A DNA stretch of 59,627 nucleotides, the filler included, from Sphacelaria rigidula (lineage: Eukaryota): assembly GCA_964200075.2 (NCBI GenBank). It is 4 parts of 4 records of this genome, joined end to end, with 100 filler letters (N's around TTAATTAATTAA, not from the genome) between each part and the next. Parts side by side here need not be neighbours in the genome. Positions count along the whole stretch, not along the records: positions 29,869 to 44,699 come from CAXNAA020002026.1; positions 44,800 to 59,627 come from CAXNAA020002027.1; 2 more parts are not named here. One strand, written 5' to 3'. A program made the translations under genes and the position numbers. Every line of letters begins with the position of its first letter. The stretch's first letter is position 1. The notes under the pieces are model-generated. The model saw only the letters and a list, made by a program, of their open reading frames with translations. It searched no databases and was not told the DNA's origin. Shown here piece after piece: positions 35,901 through 49,000 of this stretch.

Positions 35901-37129
35901 TAGGGCTGTAAACTGGACCAGTTTATACTGTCGATTTAACTGGAACCGGCGACGAGGGCGCCAGTTTATCCAGTTGATTTGAGGTTTGCAGTTACCGGCT
36001 ATTTTATACCAATTTTAGTATAATGGCTTTATAACGAAGATGCTTACAACACTATATACATTTTGACTGTATAATTGAGGCCTGCACTTTACAGGTGCAG
36101 AGTAATATGGGGTATCAACGGAGACGGAGGTCGCTTCGAAGGGGTCGACCGAAATTGTTCATGGCGATGACGCGTAAAGCAGCGGTGCACAGCTTGATCC
36201 TTCGTCTTCCATGTTTGGGTCGACTTGTATACAGCATACTGCATATCTGGCGTTCTGTGGTGGTACCATAGCGCATGAAGTACTGGTTCGCCCTGGGTCA
36301 GTCACTAGCTGACTACTTCAGGTGTTTTATGCTTTTTTTTGTCCCATCTGCCTCGTTGGTACCTCGTGGTTCTACAGTTTTCAACTCTTTTCAGCCGTGG
36401 TAGGTTGACGGCTGGTCCGTCGAACGTGGAAAATGAAGAAAAAGAAGTTGTGAGTTATTTACGGCAGGACGCTTGATGCGGTACTGCCTAACGCCAAACC
36501 CCAATTGCCAATTGCCAATTGCATGATGAAGAGCGTTTTGAACATGATGCAGCATATGCTCTCTATACCTCGAAGTGATATAGCGGATGTATGCCAAGGT
36601 CTGTCGTTTCATTGCACGATATCCGAAAACAAAAATGATAAACGGCAACCCGCGACCACAAGAAACAAAACACACCATGAATTTTTATTCAACTGCACGC
36701 GCGTTTGTCGGCGCGGACGTCAATAATTTGCGCCCTCCTCCCCACGTGCTGCCAGCCTTGACTTCCTAGCATGTTCCCATCCTCCGGTCCTCACGGAGAG
36801 TCTCTGCTGCATGCTACAGATGAATGAAATCGAATCGCTCACCGCTTTGGATCAGATTTTAATGCCATCTAAGCATCTTAGCTCCTCAATGTGGGGTGTC
36901 ACATTTTTCACAACCATCCACATTCTTGAGGAGAAAACAAGCTCAAAACCACATTTTTTCTTGCCCCCGGTGTCGCCCCCGCGAGGCCCCCTCACCAGCC
37001 GGGGCGATGTTTTCCCAGTTGATCGGCTGCCGCCGATGCAGCCGATCAATTGGGAAAACACCGATGCACTGCCCCGCGCCAGCGGCCAGTTTAAACTTAC
37101 TTGGCCAGAGCTGCCAGTTCACAGCTCTA
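35901..37129. mobile_element. Nested non-autonomous hAT-like element, 1229 bp
   Basis: TIRs TAGGGCTGTAAACTGG / CCAGTTCACAGCTCTA (14/16). Perfect 8-bp TSD CAAATTAC at 35893-35900 and 37130-37137. Confidence 0.88.
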
Positions 37130-39070
37130 CAAATTACCCGATTGGGGGGGGGGTATTTAGGTCATACCCAAGTGATAATCTATACCCAGGTATTGCCGAG
37201 AATGCTTACCGAATATTTTGGTAGAGTATTTGAAGCCGTACCCAATTTAGCCAAACGTTAAGTGGCGTAAATACCCGGATATTTTACCCGAGTATTCGAA
37301 AGTACATACCCTACCCGACCTGCCCTTGAAGTATACTGCTCAAGGAGGGGCCGGTAGGCTCATGCAACTGCACCCATTTTTTGTTTTGTGGTGGTCACCA
37401 TTTGGGCTGCCAATTGGAAAATCCTGTCCGCTCATATCGGTTGTTGATCATGTCCTTAGTCGATGGCTCTGCGGTACCCACTGGTGTGTGTCTGTATCTA
37501 CTCTGCTGCCCTGAATCCCTTGGGCCTTTTCCTTCTTTTTTTTTGTCCCCATCGTTTCATTTGTATTTTGTTTTATTTCCCTTGTACTTTTCTCTTCTTT
37601 TCTTTTTTTCTTGTTTTAGGTCGGCCATTGGTTTCTGCGCTTTGCTTGTGTTGACTTTTTTGTTACTTTTTTTTTGTCACGACTTAGTCTACTATGTCGT
37701 TCTGTTCGACCCCTCTTTTTTATTTTATTTTTTTTATTCTCAGAGCGTGTTTCAGTTTCGTTTCTCTTGGCTACGTCTACCATGAGACCACGGCTGGACC
37801 CCTGGGGGGCCAGTTAAAGTGCGACAATCAATCAATCAATAAACACCATTGGCTCATATTCCTGGTAGCCTGTGATGTGACGCCAATCATCTCATTTGTG
37901 GCCATCGTTCGCCCCAAGGTAGTGAGAGAAGTGCCGTCACACAGACGTTCAGGATTAGTCATCATACCCAAGTGATACTCAATATCTGAGTCTGCTGAGA
38001 TGACTTAGGCCACTTCTTGTGTTTAAAATACGTCTTTCAATAGAAGTTCTTCAAGTAGCTCTTCTTATGCGATGCAGACGTTATCAAAATCGGAAATGCA
38101 GTTTTCATCGTTTTCTGCAAGGCGACAACGCGTGTGAAGATGATTTTAGAATTTGATGGCGCACGAAAGACCCAGACCTCTGCTGTTGTGTGGTGGTGTA
38201 CGGTCCGTACTGTGCCGTAATAGTGACTGAGCAGTACATGGTGGACTGCATGACACAAGAATATATATATATATTTATGAGGGCACCGCCTTGCTGTGCT
38301 CACCGACTGTAGAACTGACGGTTGTGCTGTTTCGCTGCACGTACGGTAGTCTTGGCTGTACGGACATCACAGACACAGTATAGACAGGTGATATATTGTA
38401 TGTATTGGCTGTATCGTAGTACTACAGTAGTAGCACTACGTATAGTCTTGTTTGTGCAGTCAGAACGGTCCTGTCTCTACAAGGCTTGGGTGCATGGACA
38501 CTCTATGGTGCAGTGCAACTGCTGTTGGCAGCACGCTGCATGCATATACCTTAACTTCGCTACAATACCGTACAGACTACATACAGACTGTACAGTACTG
38601 GTCATCGACCCTGCCCTATGCTGTTCTCATGGGGTAAAGGGCCACAACGCTACTGGCGGACGAAGACGGGGACGCAACACGCCGACTGCCCGCAAGTACC
38701 AGCAGCAACAGTGGTGATGTCAGCCAAGCAAGCATGGGTGCTGTTGTGGGGTGTGAAGGGTCGTGTTGACGAGAGTCGGGATTTTAGACGCTTTTTCAAT
38801 GGCTTTGGGCGAATTGAAAAAACCATCAGCAAAAAATTGAGAAAAAAAAACGTTTTCTCATCACACAAGAAGTGGGTTTTTGGTCGATCATCAGAAAACG
38901 GCTTTTTCCGTAATGGCTTTTTCATACATGAGGAGTTGCTGGTAAAGAGTGTTGAAATCGTACCCAATCTTCGCAAAGAGCATCAGAGATCATACCTAAC
39001 TTACCCAATTTTTGGGTAGAGTATTGGGGCCATCCCCAAGTGATACTCTATACCCAGGTATTGCTGAGAA

Positions 39071-40445
39071 TTGTTGTTGTTGTCTTGACATTACAAACCG
39101 TTCCGATATCTGCGCGGTACATTCGTTCTGGGCATCTGATGTGGATGCCTTCCGTGGTCACAGGCTAGCTACCTATTTTAAGATGTGAGGAAATCAAACA
39201 GAACCAAAAAACAACCAAAAAAACAGACCCAGAAAAACTCCCAAACGCGATATAAGCAAAACAGGAAGAAATGATGAAGAAGAGAGAGAGTAAATATGTC
39301 TAACCTCAAAAGATCCGGTGCCGCAGGTGGCCATTCGGACTTCAGGGGGTGGCGCCCGACTTTCCAAACTCGACGCGCGAGGCCAAGTAGAAATGAACAA
39401 AGGATCCAACTGCGGGCGAAACTCCAGACCGAAACACCACCAACCAATGAACTAAAAATCGCAAGGTTCTATCCTTCGACCTCTCGAAGGACAGCCATAC
39501 GTACAAGCACCACACGACATCAAGACACCCCTCATCGGGGGGGGGGGTCACCCCCCACCCCCCCTTCTCCGGACCGTCGTCATTGCTGTGTTGGCTTCGT
39601 TGGTGTCCTGTCCAATCGCACGCAGTCGGCTGGCCTCCTCTTCATTTCTGTGCCATGAGGTCATGAACCTCTCCGCTCCCTCCAGCACTCCCGCGTGCCA
39701 CGGCACCTCTCCTTCCATGTGCGCTGCTGAGGGCCAGAGGACGCGGTCAATTACAAATGTCTAGCGATTGTCGTCCGTAGATCCGTCTGTGGCTCCGAAA
39801 GCGTGGAGATCGTCCCTCAGGCACTTTAGCCGGGTTTTTTCCGGGCACCCTGGTCCTGGATCCTCCCCCCTGACTAGTGTTCCGAATGCTATTCGCTTCG
39901 GCAGTCGTCCGTCCGGTTGTTTAGCCAGGACTCCCGCGAACAGCAGTCGTCGTTGCCGGGCGATGGCTTCGGCACTTTGGCATCCGGTCTCCTTGAGGGC
40001 CTGTGCGTACGAAAGCTGTCGGTATGTGCCGCACACTCGGCGGTACCCGATGACTCGCAGGAGGAGCTAGTGTACCTTTCCCAGCAAGTCGTGGTGTTCC
40101 CGGCGCGGGGCCCACATCATGCATCCGTATAATATGGCTTCCATCGCCTCCGCTTTCAGCAGCCGGACCTTGAGTCTCCACGGTGCTTTCGGTCGGTCAA
40201 AGCCTGGGAGAACTTCCTGATGCACGCCCATGCTGCTCTCCTCCGATTGTTGATTTCTTGCTCGAGTTCGCCCTCTTCCTTGACGAGCCCGCCCAAGTAT
40301 CGGAAACTAGTTTTCTGGGCGTATTTTTGGCCCGCTGCTTCGATGACCAGCGGTGGCGGAGGTGGTGCTGGTGACTCCCCCTTCTTCGGTGCTTGCCTCG
40401 GTACTCGCATCAAAAGAGTCTCCGTCTTCTTCTCCGATACGGTCG
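39071..40445 (-). mobile_element. 5'-truncated, frameshifted RTE-clade LINE (RT C-terminus, 3' UTR and (CAA)n tail)
   Basis: Peptides FRYLGG...EINNR..AAW, KVRLLKAEAMEAILYGCMMW and RQRRLLFAG...RLPKRIAFG lie in shifted frames. (TTG)n occurs on the plus strand at 39071. The element interrupts the host repeat at GCTGAGA|GTGCT. Confidence 0.88.
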
Positions 40446-41040
40446 AGTGCTGACTCAAATTTGGGTAGAGTATTTGAGGTCGTACCCAGTACCCGAAATT
40501 TGGGTCGAGTATAAAAATCGTACCCAACTTACCTTCATGTTGGGTAGAGTATTGACATCATACCCAAGTGATACACTATACCCAGGTATTGCTGAGAGTG
40601 CTCACCCGATATTTGAGTAGAGCATTGAGATCACACCCAATCTACCCAAAATTTCGGTAGAGTACTTGAGGTCGTACCCGACCTACCCAAGGCTTGGGTA
40701 GAGTACATACCCGGGTATTTTACTCGAGTATTCAAAAGTACATACCCTACCCGACCTGCCCTTGGAAACCAGTTCTTACGGAACAAAATCAAAGACGATT
40801 TTGAAATTTCGTGAGCGGGCGAGTGTCTGATCGAAGTGGGTACCCCCTCTTGAACGCCCGACCAACATCGACGAGTTGTTCAAGATCGGATAAAGAGCTA
40901 CAGTAGACTACGAGACGTGTTATGTTTTATTTTGCTTTACCCTTGCACTTAGAAATACGCTCACACGCTCTCTGATGTTGGCTGTAGCTGTCACTGTTTT
41001 GTGGCGTGTTTAGACCTTGCGAAGACGATTTGGTCTCCGC

Positions 41041-43335
41041 TGGGATTGCCTGAGCCGCTGTACTATTGTTGTGCTCCGCGCTTAACAAAACGATTGTAGT
41101 CGGCACACATTGCTGTCTATTCGGAGTGGAAAATGACATGATGTGTTTGTTGCATGTCGTATCTTTCGTAACGAACAATACGCCTCGTGCCGATACCCAT
41201 CATTCTTGTGCTGTACCTGACACTGTTATGGGTAGGAATGGAGCCCGATTTTGGGTACTATATTCATGGAAAGTGCAAGCTGAACGCTACATGCGTCAGA
41301 AGTGGTCCGTGATCCAACGAATCATATCAACAGAAAATACACACATCACCTACAAATGACGATTTGCCTCAAAAAAATGAACTGTATTTCTACTACATTT
41401 ATTCAAGCCTGAGAGTGGTCGGTGTTGAGGTGATTTTGTTCCTCCGGAAAGCTCGCTCCACATCAGTAGATGGACAATCTTGTTGCACTAGCTAATAGTG
41501 TCCTTCCTCTGTCTGTTCCAGTCGGGAAGCACACGCCCGCGAGCTGCCACCCCACGTTTACCGTCATTGCGAGATACAAAAAAAGAGCACGAACAGCAGC
41601 TGTTGTGGCCGCTACACACCAACGTAATTGCACTGAAACGCGTGCCTGACATGGTGCTAGAACGAGAAGGTACGGCAATTTGGAGATCATAAGCAGCAGC
41701 GTCGCGCATCAGGAAGCTACTGAGAACGATGCTGATGATGTTGGCGATCAAGAGGTTCATGCTGTGCGGATTGGCTACGCGCTGCATGTCCTGCACACAG
41801 CTATGACTGCGGGATTGGAGAGTGAATTTCTCATGGGCCCCATGGGGTCAGGGTCATGGCATGAGTGGAAGGAATCCCATCTTGTCAGTCGCTTGGGCAC
41901 GGTCTGGTTCTCTCTGTCCAGATCAACATCTTCAACGTCGTTTTCTCTCTATTTTCAGTATGTACGAATATGTGTACAGGCAGTCACTTGAAACATCGTG
42001 GCCCTACCGACCTAGGCATACATGGTGCGCAGTCTGAAATCAAAATCACTGCGCCTTGGCTTCTCCGCTGAAACCCTCAGACACAACAACCGAAGTTCAT
42101 GTGTGACCTCACTCTCTGCAACTCAATACATGAAGGGTACTCGCTGTTGAAAGGCGAAGTTGCCCTTCGTGCACAGCCGTACAGAACAAAGCAGCAGCAC
42201 CTAGTGGCATGCCAAAAAGTGAAAAACGAAGCTTCTCAAACATTGCATAGTTTGCATCTCATTCTGATACTATTAATATAATGGTATAAACAGAGAGTTA
42301 CTAAATACATGACCGCGGTCACCAGCAGATGTAACGGCACATACTCGTACTATAATAACTCTCGACGCCTTGGCTTCTGCACTGGAGCCCCGACATGAAG
42401 CAGCCGCCAGCTTTGTCCTTCTTCTTTCAACTCTCCCTCTATAATTCGACGCTTCAAAGGATACTCGCCGTTGAAAGGCGAATTTGCCCTTTGTGCACAG
42501 CCGCTCAGAACAAAGCAGCGCCTGGGGGCACGCAACCCAAGTGCATGTTGTCACAACTTGCTTGCAGGAGGAAAAATAGTATGCGCACCGATCTTTTTGA
42601 ATTTGCCATCTTCGACCTCGAAAGACGCTACTGATCCTCAACCCAAAAGTGCCGATCGCGCACCGCTCACAACTCGGCAACGAAGCGAGGGATTGGACTG
42701 CGGTTTCTTGCGTGCGCTTCCCACACACCCAAGCTATGTCGCAACGTTTAGTTGTTGCGTTTGCGCGTGATGCTGGCTCGCAAATGACCTAAATATACTA
42801 AAATAAGGTGTTTTCTTCTCTGGGAGGGGATTTTCGTGCCGCTGACGCGACGCCAGACCAATTGTGAGCCCCTAGATCTTGTGTGTATGCGGGGGGCTGT
42901 CAAGTGCCGTGGACCGGCTTGCTTCCTGTGTCGAGAACCGCGCGATCTCCAGTGCTACAGCTTTCCCATACTACACCAACTGAATAAGCGATGAAGTGTG
43001 TGTTCGGTTCGTGAGGGCCTCGGCACAGGTCCGACCACCTACTGACGTGTTCATTATTTAAATCTTGTGCCGATTTTCGGTCGTTAGGGCCCCCATTCCT
43101 ACCCATAACTGTATTGTGGTGCGTATGAACCCTGCATAGACGGTTCGGTTTGCGCTAGGGATTGCCTGAACTGCTGTACTGTCGTTGTGTCTCGGTCGGC
43201 GCAAAAATTGTTGCCGGCGCACAGTGCTGTCTACACACTGTTGAAAACGTCATGGTGTGTTTGCTGGCCGCCGTGTCTCCTGTAGAACGAATAAGGCGCT
43301 TCGTGCTCAGGCCCATAATCCTTATGCTGTAGTTG
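41041..43335. repeat. Diverged direct repeats: ~185 bp (41041-41225 / 43158-43335) and ~75 bp (42133-42212 / 42457-42533)
   Basis: The outer pair shares GGGATTGCCTGA..GCTGTACT...GCTGTCTA...GTGTTTG. The inner pair shares TACTCGC.GTTGAAAGGCGAA.TTGCCCTT.GTGCACAGCCG..CAGAACAAAGCAGC. Confidence 0.6.
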
Positions 43336-44615
43336 TCGCTGATATCCCGGTCTGTAGAGGTGGGGTGGGAACAAAGTACCGCTTATACAAAATTGACAAA
43401 GTCACGTGATGACTGTGCACCCGTTGCGTCTTCTCTGGGTGGTGTTTTGTAGAGGTGCAAAACTCCTCACATATGATCTGTGCCGTAAGATATGTATTTT
43501 GTCTCCGCTCGAAATAGAAAGAGGTACACAACGGCCATCAAAATCGGCCAAATGGTTTTGACTTTGTCGCATAAGAGTTGTTCTGAATTATTTCAAGTGT
43601 TTGTAGGGCCAATTATTACTGCTGGTACGGCTATTAATAGGCAGGAAGTCTGCAAGTTATACAGTACTAGTAATTCTTCACACATACCGATGCACTCGTA
43701 CACATGATCACAGTACGACAGCGACTGCAGTGGTGTCGAGGAAGCATCTGTCGAGGAAACATCGAATCGCCATAACTCACGCCCCCTTACCGTCCAGCTC
43801 TACAGTCATGAGCGACGCACTGCCACGGATACTATCACCCACTCTGATTGTGTCTGACGCTATCAGTGGGCTGGGTGAAAAAAAAACGAGCTCGATTCGG
43901 TCTGCTTCTGCGTTTGGCGTGCGCTTCGATGGGCGTCATACGAGCACTGCATAATTCATCTGTCGCAGGTTCTATTGTGCGTATACCGCACTCCGGTGCC
44001 ATCCCCTTCAGCAGACCAAAAACTTGTGAAATGTCCGTGTAAATGGGGGGCGAATGCAACGTTTCGCCCTCGTCGAGCCCATTCTGTTGGAGACCAACAT
44101 ATGTGCCAATATATATATTTACACACACTACAGTAGCGCTTTACTCGGTCCACACCAGGACTTGACCCTTTTGGAACACGCGAAAAACAGTACGAACTCC
44201 CATATGCGAGCTTTTCGTCACCGGGAAATACATCACTTTGAGTTCGGTGCACAAATCTGTCACATTAGTGTACTTGGAATTAGAGTGGTGCACCGTCTTG
44301 GTGGGCTGCATCATCAATGGTTGCAGAAAAACAACCATTTCTTGCTCAAGAAAACGTCAATTGTAAATCGTCATTTTTCCATAATCGGTTCCAAGAGGGT
44401 CAATCACCCACAGCGTGGCCGATGTACTACTGGAGCATCCGTCCATCGATCGTGCTGTGCGCAGCTTCGCCTCGACGCTAGCACCTCGTTTCGGACACTG
44501 CGACTTCGTGGTCTCTGTGCTGTTGCCGACAATCTAAATCGTCATGTGGGGTGTGATGCACAGGTCAAGACATGGCCTTGAGAAGGATACCGCCAGCTAC
44601 GTGTCATGTGCTTCC

Positions 44616-44699
44616 TGTTGTTGTTGTTGTTGTTGTTGTTGTCTTCACATCAAAAATCGTTCTGATATATGCGCGGTACATTCGTACTGGGCATCTGAT
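44616..44699 (-). mobile_element. 3' end of a second copy of the same RTE LINE, cut by the contig end
   Basis: (TTG)n followed by TCTT.ACAT...GATAT.TGCGCGGTACATTCGT.CTGGGCATCTGAT, matching 39071-39140. Confidence 0.85.
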
Positions 44700-44799
44700 N
44701 NNNNNNNNNNNNNNNNNNNNNNNNNNNNNNNNNNNNNNNNNNNTTAATTAATTAANNNNNNNNNNNNNNNNNNNNNNNNNNNNNNNNNNNNNNNNNNNN
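44700..44799. other. Artificial contig spacer
   Basis: 44 N + TTAATTAATTAA + 44 N. Confidence 0.97.
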
Positions 44800-46052
44800 C
44801 GTTTCTGGCCATTTTTCGTACCTTTCTTAGGCAAAAAACGAGAAGGTATACCTTTTCTAGGCCATTGCCCTATATATAATATGTACATATCTTTGACTGC
44901 TCCGCTCCGCAAGGGCAGTAATCGGGCAACATAACCCACTGGTTTACGCTGGCGCCAACCCGCACGCGCGCCGCAATCTCTCATCTCTTGTCCTTTGACC
45001 GGACCTTGCAACTGCCCGGGACTTGAAAAAAATTGCGGCGGGCGGTCGGTGGACGAACTGCAGTCAGGGGTGGGGCTGCTTGTAAGAGGGACGCTGGTTT
45101 GAGGGGGCAACTGGTATTGATGGGCGCTTCGGAGCTGTGACGGTTGCGACGGGTATTTCTCGAATGTGCCGCTTGGGGGCGGGGTATGTATCGAACGTTT
45201 CCCGCCGAGGTAGGTCGTCTGAGTCTTGAATTCAACCTTTAGATGGAACCGATGCCAAGTCAACAACAAATGACCCGCCGCATTTTCTAAGTATTTGCGC
45301 TTATTGCACATTGGCCCGTGAGAGGAGAGATCAGCTTACCACTTGGGATGGTGAGAAATTTCTCAGAAACTTATAACTTCGAACAAACTATAACACCAAC
45401 ACTAACCCTTACCCTAACCCCAACGAAGGCACACCGAGAATCCTCGGATGAGGGGGTGGAGAGTATTACACAGGCAAAGGGTGCGTTGCCAGACCTCAAA
45501 TCGGCGCTCCAGGCGCCGATTTCGACCAAAACGTGTTCTGCGCAAGCTAGGAGCACGCTTGAAGCATAGCCCCATTAAAGATCCGAATTTTCGCATACTG
45601 TAAGACGGAGAATACTAAGCGGCTCTGACAAGAGCGGTCCGCAGCCGACGGCGTTGAACACGTCCCGAAAAAATACGCGCGAAATTTCCCGTACGGTTCC
45701 TTGCCGCAAATTTTTCATGAGCCATCGCTCACAAACAATACAGTATTCAAAATAACCACCAGGCACAAGCGCCCGAAGCACTTCCTCTGCTACTTTCTGT
45801 AATCTTCATCCTCTTCCATTCCAACGAAGCGGCGCGGCACATCGGCCCGACCGGTTCGTTTGAATCTATTTGGCCTCTCCTCAATTTCGCCCACGCCCCC
45901 CCTGCACAGTCCCTCAATCTTCTCTGCTCTCTGGCGGCCAACTCAACAGCGGAACAGCTGGTGCGAACGTTCCCGTCGTCAACAACTTCCATAATCTCCA
46001 CAGCTGACGTGATCCACAGGCTTCGCTCTTTCCCGGTCAAGTCAAGGCAGCC

Positions 46053-49000
46053 ATGAGGGATTACTCATCTCCGAAGAAGAAAGGTCCCGATGACCACCAG
46101 GAGGTGGCCTTCGCGCGAATTCGTACCGATCTCGTGGGGAGACTGGACCCTATCGAGACGCCTTTCGGCACCAAGCCCCTCGTTTGTGAGTGATCTTGTG
46201 TACTCTTCAGGTTTACCCAATGCTTTGTGCTTCTACTCCACAACCGATGCAATTTGCTCCCTTTGCGACCCTACGCTGTCTCACGCAGGGGGTAACGGTA
46301 TTTTTTGTTGAAACTCTAGCTTGCTCCGAAATTCCTCTTGTGATATCGAAGGTGTCAGCTCGACGGCCTGTGTTTCGCACAAAAGATGCCGACTTCCCTG
46401 TCCGTGCATTTTCATTTATGAACAAGCCAATCTCCCACAGCACAGAGGTTTGACGGCATTTCCATCTGTTTTTGCCACCAGTTAAGCTCCGATTTCAATT
46501 ATTCATCTGGGTAAAACACATTTTCGATCGTTTCGATGCTGGACGGCAGGCGATTCAAGTGGCCAACACACACAGACCGAGGCAATTATCCTCGTATAAT
46601 ACGCTTGCACACCCAGTAGAGACAAAAAAAGCGAAGGCCTTTTCAATCGTTGCCGTTGTAGTTGTTCCCGCTGCAACGCTTATTATGCGGTGTCTTCATT
46701 GATGGTGAAACTGGTGTAATGCGTGCGATGCCCTTTACCTGACACAGGACCGCATGTTTAGAGGGCCGCATCGGAATTTGAACACCCCTATAGTTAGGGT
46801 TAGGGTTAGGGTTAGTATGGGGGTTAGGGCCAGGGGCGTGGTACATGCAAGGACTGACTCGATTAATTTTGAAAACGTCGATCCTGCGGTATTTTGAACT
46901 ACGGCGCGGTCCTCTAAGCACGCGGTCCTCTCACGCATTACACTGGACTAATATCCGTCTGGCGCCATGGCGGCGCATTTTGCTTCGCACTGGACAAATG
47001 CTTGCTGACGCGGAAACCTGCGACGTCCGTGTCGAATGTCATGAAGACAAGCAGCATTGAGTCTTGAATGCTCGAATCTTGGCTGACGGGTCTGATCGGA
47101 GGGTCAGATATAGTATGTACACCTATAAAAAGGGTAGGAGTAACAGCTCTCGTACACACCTCGGCACTGTCCTGAGCAACCAGGAGCTCTCAACATCTAA
47201 CTATCGTCCGATTGGTGAGCCACAAGCGTGGAAGAGCATTGAGCAAGAAGGAAAAGCATTCTATAAACGAGAGCCTTGAGTCAAGCAGACATCAACCTCT
47301 TGTGCGTGAACCCCTCACGAGTTGTGCCGCAGACTTCGTGAAATTCTATAAACAAGAGCCTTGAGTCAAGTAGACATCAACCTCTTGTGTGTGAACCCCT
47401 TCCCGACTCGTGCGGCGCGGACCTTGTGACACTTGGCGTTGACTTGGAGTTGTTTCTGCTTCGTTAGCTTTGGTACCTTTTCCCCTTGCTAGTACCCTCG
47501 CTTTCTTGTGTTCTCGCTTTCTTGAGCGTTTGCTTTCTCTGCGTTTGTGTTTGTTCTCTCAGTTGGACTACTGTCAGATTCTGTTTCATTTACTCTCGTA
47601 CAATTTTGCTTTCCCGACAACGCCTTCGTGCCTGCAGTCGCCTTCTGTGCACGTGCCCCCGACAACGTAATGCCAGCCACGGTCATGCACGAACCTTGTG
47701 ACATGAGAACGATTTCTTCGCAATGTGCACCCTTTTGACCCCGTTACGCCTGGACCTTGCTCTCATCTTCCAAGTAAAAAAATGTCTACTAGCGGCGGAC
47801 CGAGACTTCCTTGGTATAGGACGGGCATACAGTGCCTTGGGCAAAGCGTACTTGTTTTTGGGCTTAGATCGGCGTCTGGTTGTGCGCTTACACTGGGCGC
47901 GCTTACACTGGGCGAGCACCTGAGTCTGTGACCCCAAAAGGATGCACCGATTTCGGGTAAACTCTCCTGGCCGTGACGCCAGCATACATCACCTACCTAC
48001 TCACGGTGGCGTGTGTACATCCTGGAAAGATTCCGCATATATTGCAGAACCTCGGCGGGCTGGGTCCGTCTAGCCACCGGGACAACCTTGCCTAGTCCTT
48101 CCTCGTTTGGCGCCGGGGCATTTCCCGAGCCCAGTCGGGGCGCACTAGTTTCACACCGTCCATGGATCACATATCCCTTCGCTCTGTTAGCTTTCCCAAG
48201 TATCGATCGATGCTACTTTGCCGCTTGGAGTCGTTCGAATGTCGCCGGGTGGAACGGGAGGCACAGTGAGTATATGATGGGGAGCTGTTGGGAAAGGGCA
48301 GCATGTGTGTGTATTCCCCTACCCCTATATTATGTTACAGTTACATATCACTTGTAATGAGTCATCGAGCAAACGTCTTCGCGACATTGAACTTTGCCTC
48401 AAACCTCTGAGGAACAACGGCATCGACCCGACCTGGATCATGGATAATAGTGAAATGTGTGAGAGGACCGCGTGCGTAGAGGACCGCATCGTAGTCAGAA
48501 ATACTTCAGGGTCGACGTTTTTCACAACCGATCGGGCCAGTCCCTACAGGGACCACGCCCCCGAACCTATCGCCAACACTAACCCCAACCCTAACAATAA
48601 CCATAGGGGTTGTAATGCGTGAGAGGACGGCGGGCTTAGAGGACCGCATCGGAATTTGAACATCCCCATGGTCAGGATTAGGGCCAGGGTTAGTGTTGGG
48701 GTTTTAGTCAGGGGCATCGTACCTGCAGGTACTGGCCAGATTGATCTACGGCGCGGTCCTCTAAGCACGCGGTCCTCTCACGCATTACAGGGATGTTCAA
48801 ATTCCTATGCAGTCCTCTTAACACGCGGATCTCTCACGCATTACAACAGGATGATTCCTGGCAGCGCCAAACACGGCACCTCCGCGCACCTCTGTAGTTC
48901 TGAACACGACGATCACCGAGCAATCCATCCGCACAGCACGTGAAGGAAACTAGGAACCATGCTTGTTTCGCGGCTGCTCTGTAACATTACCGCACGGTTT

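Larger units (their letters stand above)
35605..40764. mobile_element. Composite non-autonomous hAT-like element with TACCC(A/G)A subterminal repeats
   Basis: TIR CAAGGGCAGGTCGGGT at 35605, with its reverse complement ending at 37328 and again at 40764. Flanks AAAACCAG / GAAACCAG give a 7/8 TSD for the outer pair. Confidence 0.75.

Noticed and set aside
45747-46040. Divergent gene upstream of the aminotransferase
   Set aside because: No recognisable motif or convincing splice structure; probably promoter or 5' UTR.
46790-46835. True telomere or chromosome end
   Set aside because: Only a few TTAGGG units, internal to a TIR-bounded element within an intron.
47037-47702. Solo LTR (TGTCA...TGACA)
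   Set aside because: No target-site duplication at either candidate end; only the internal 85-bp tandem repeat is supported.
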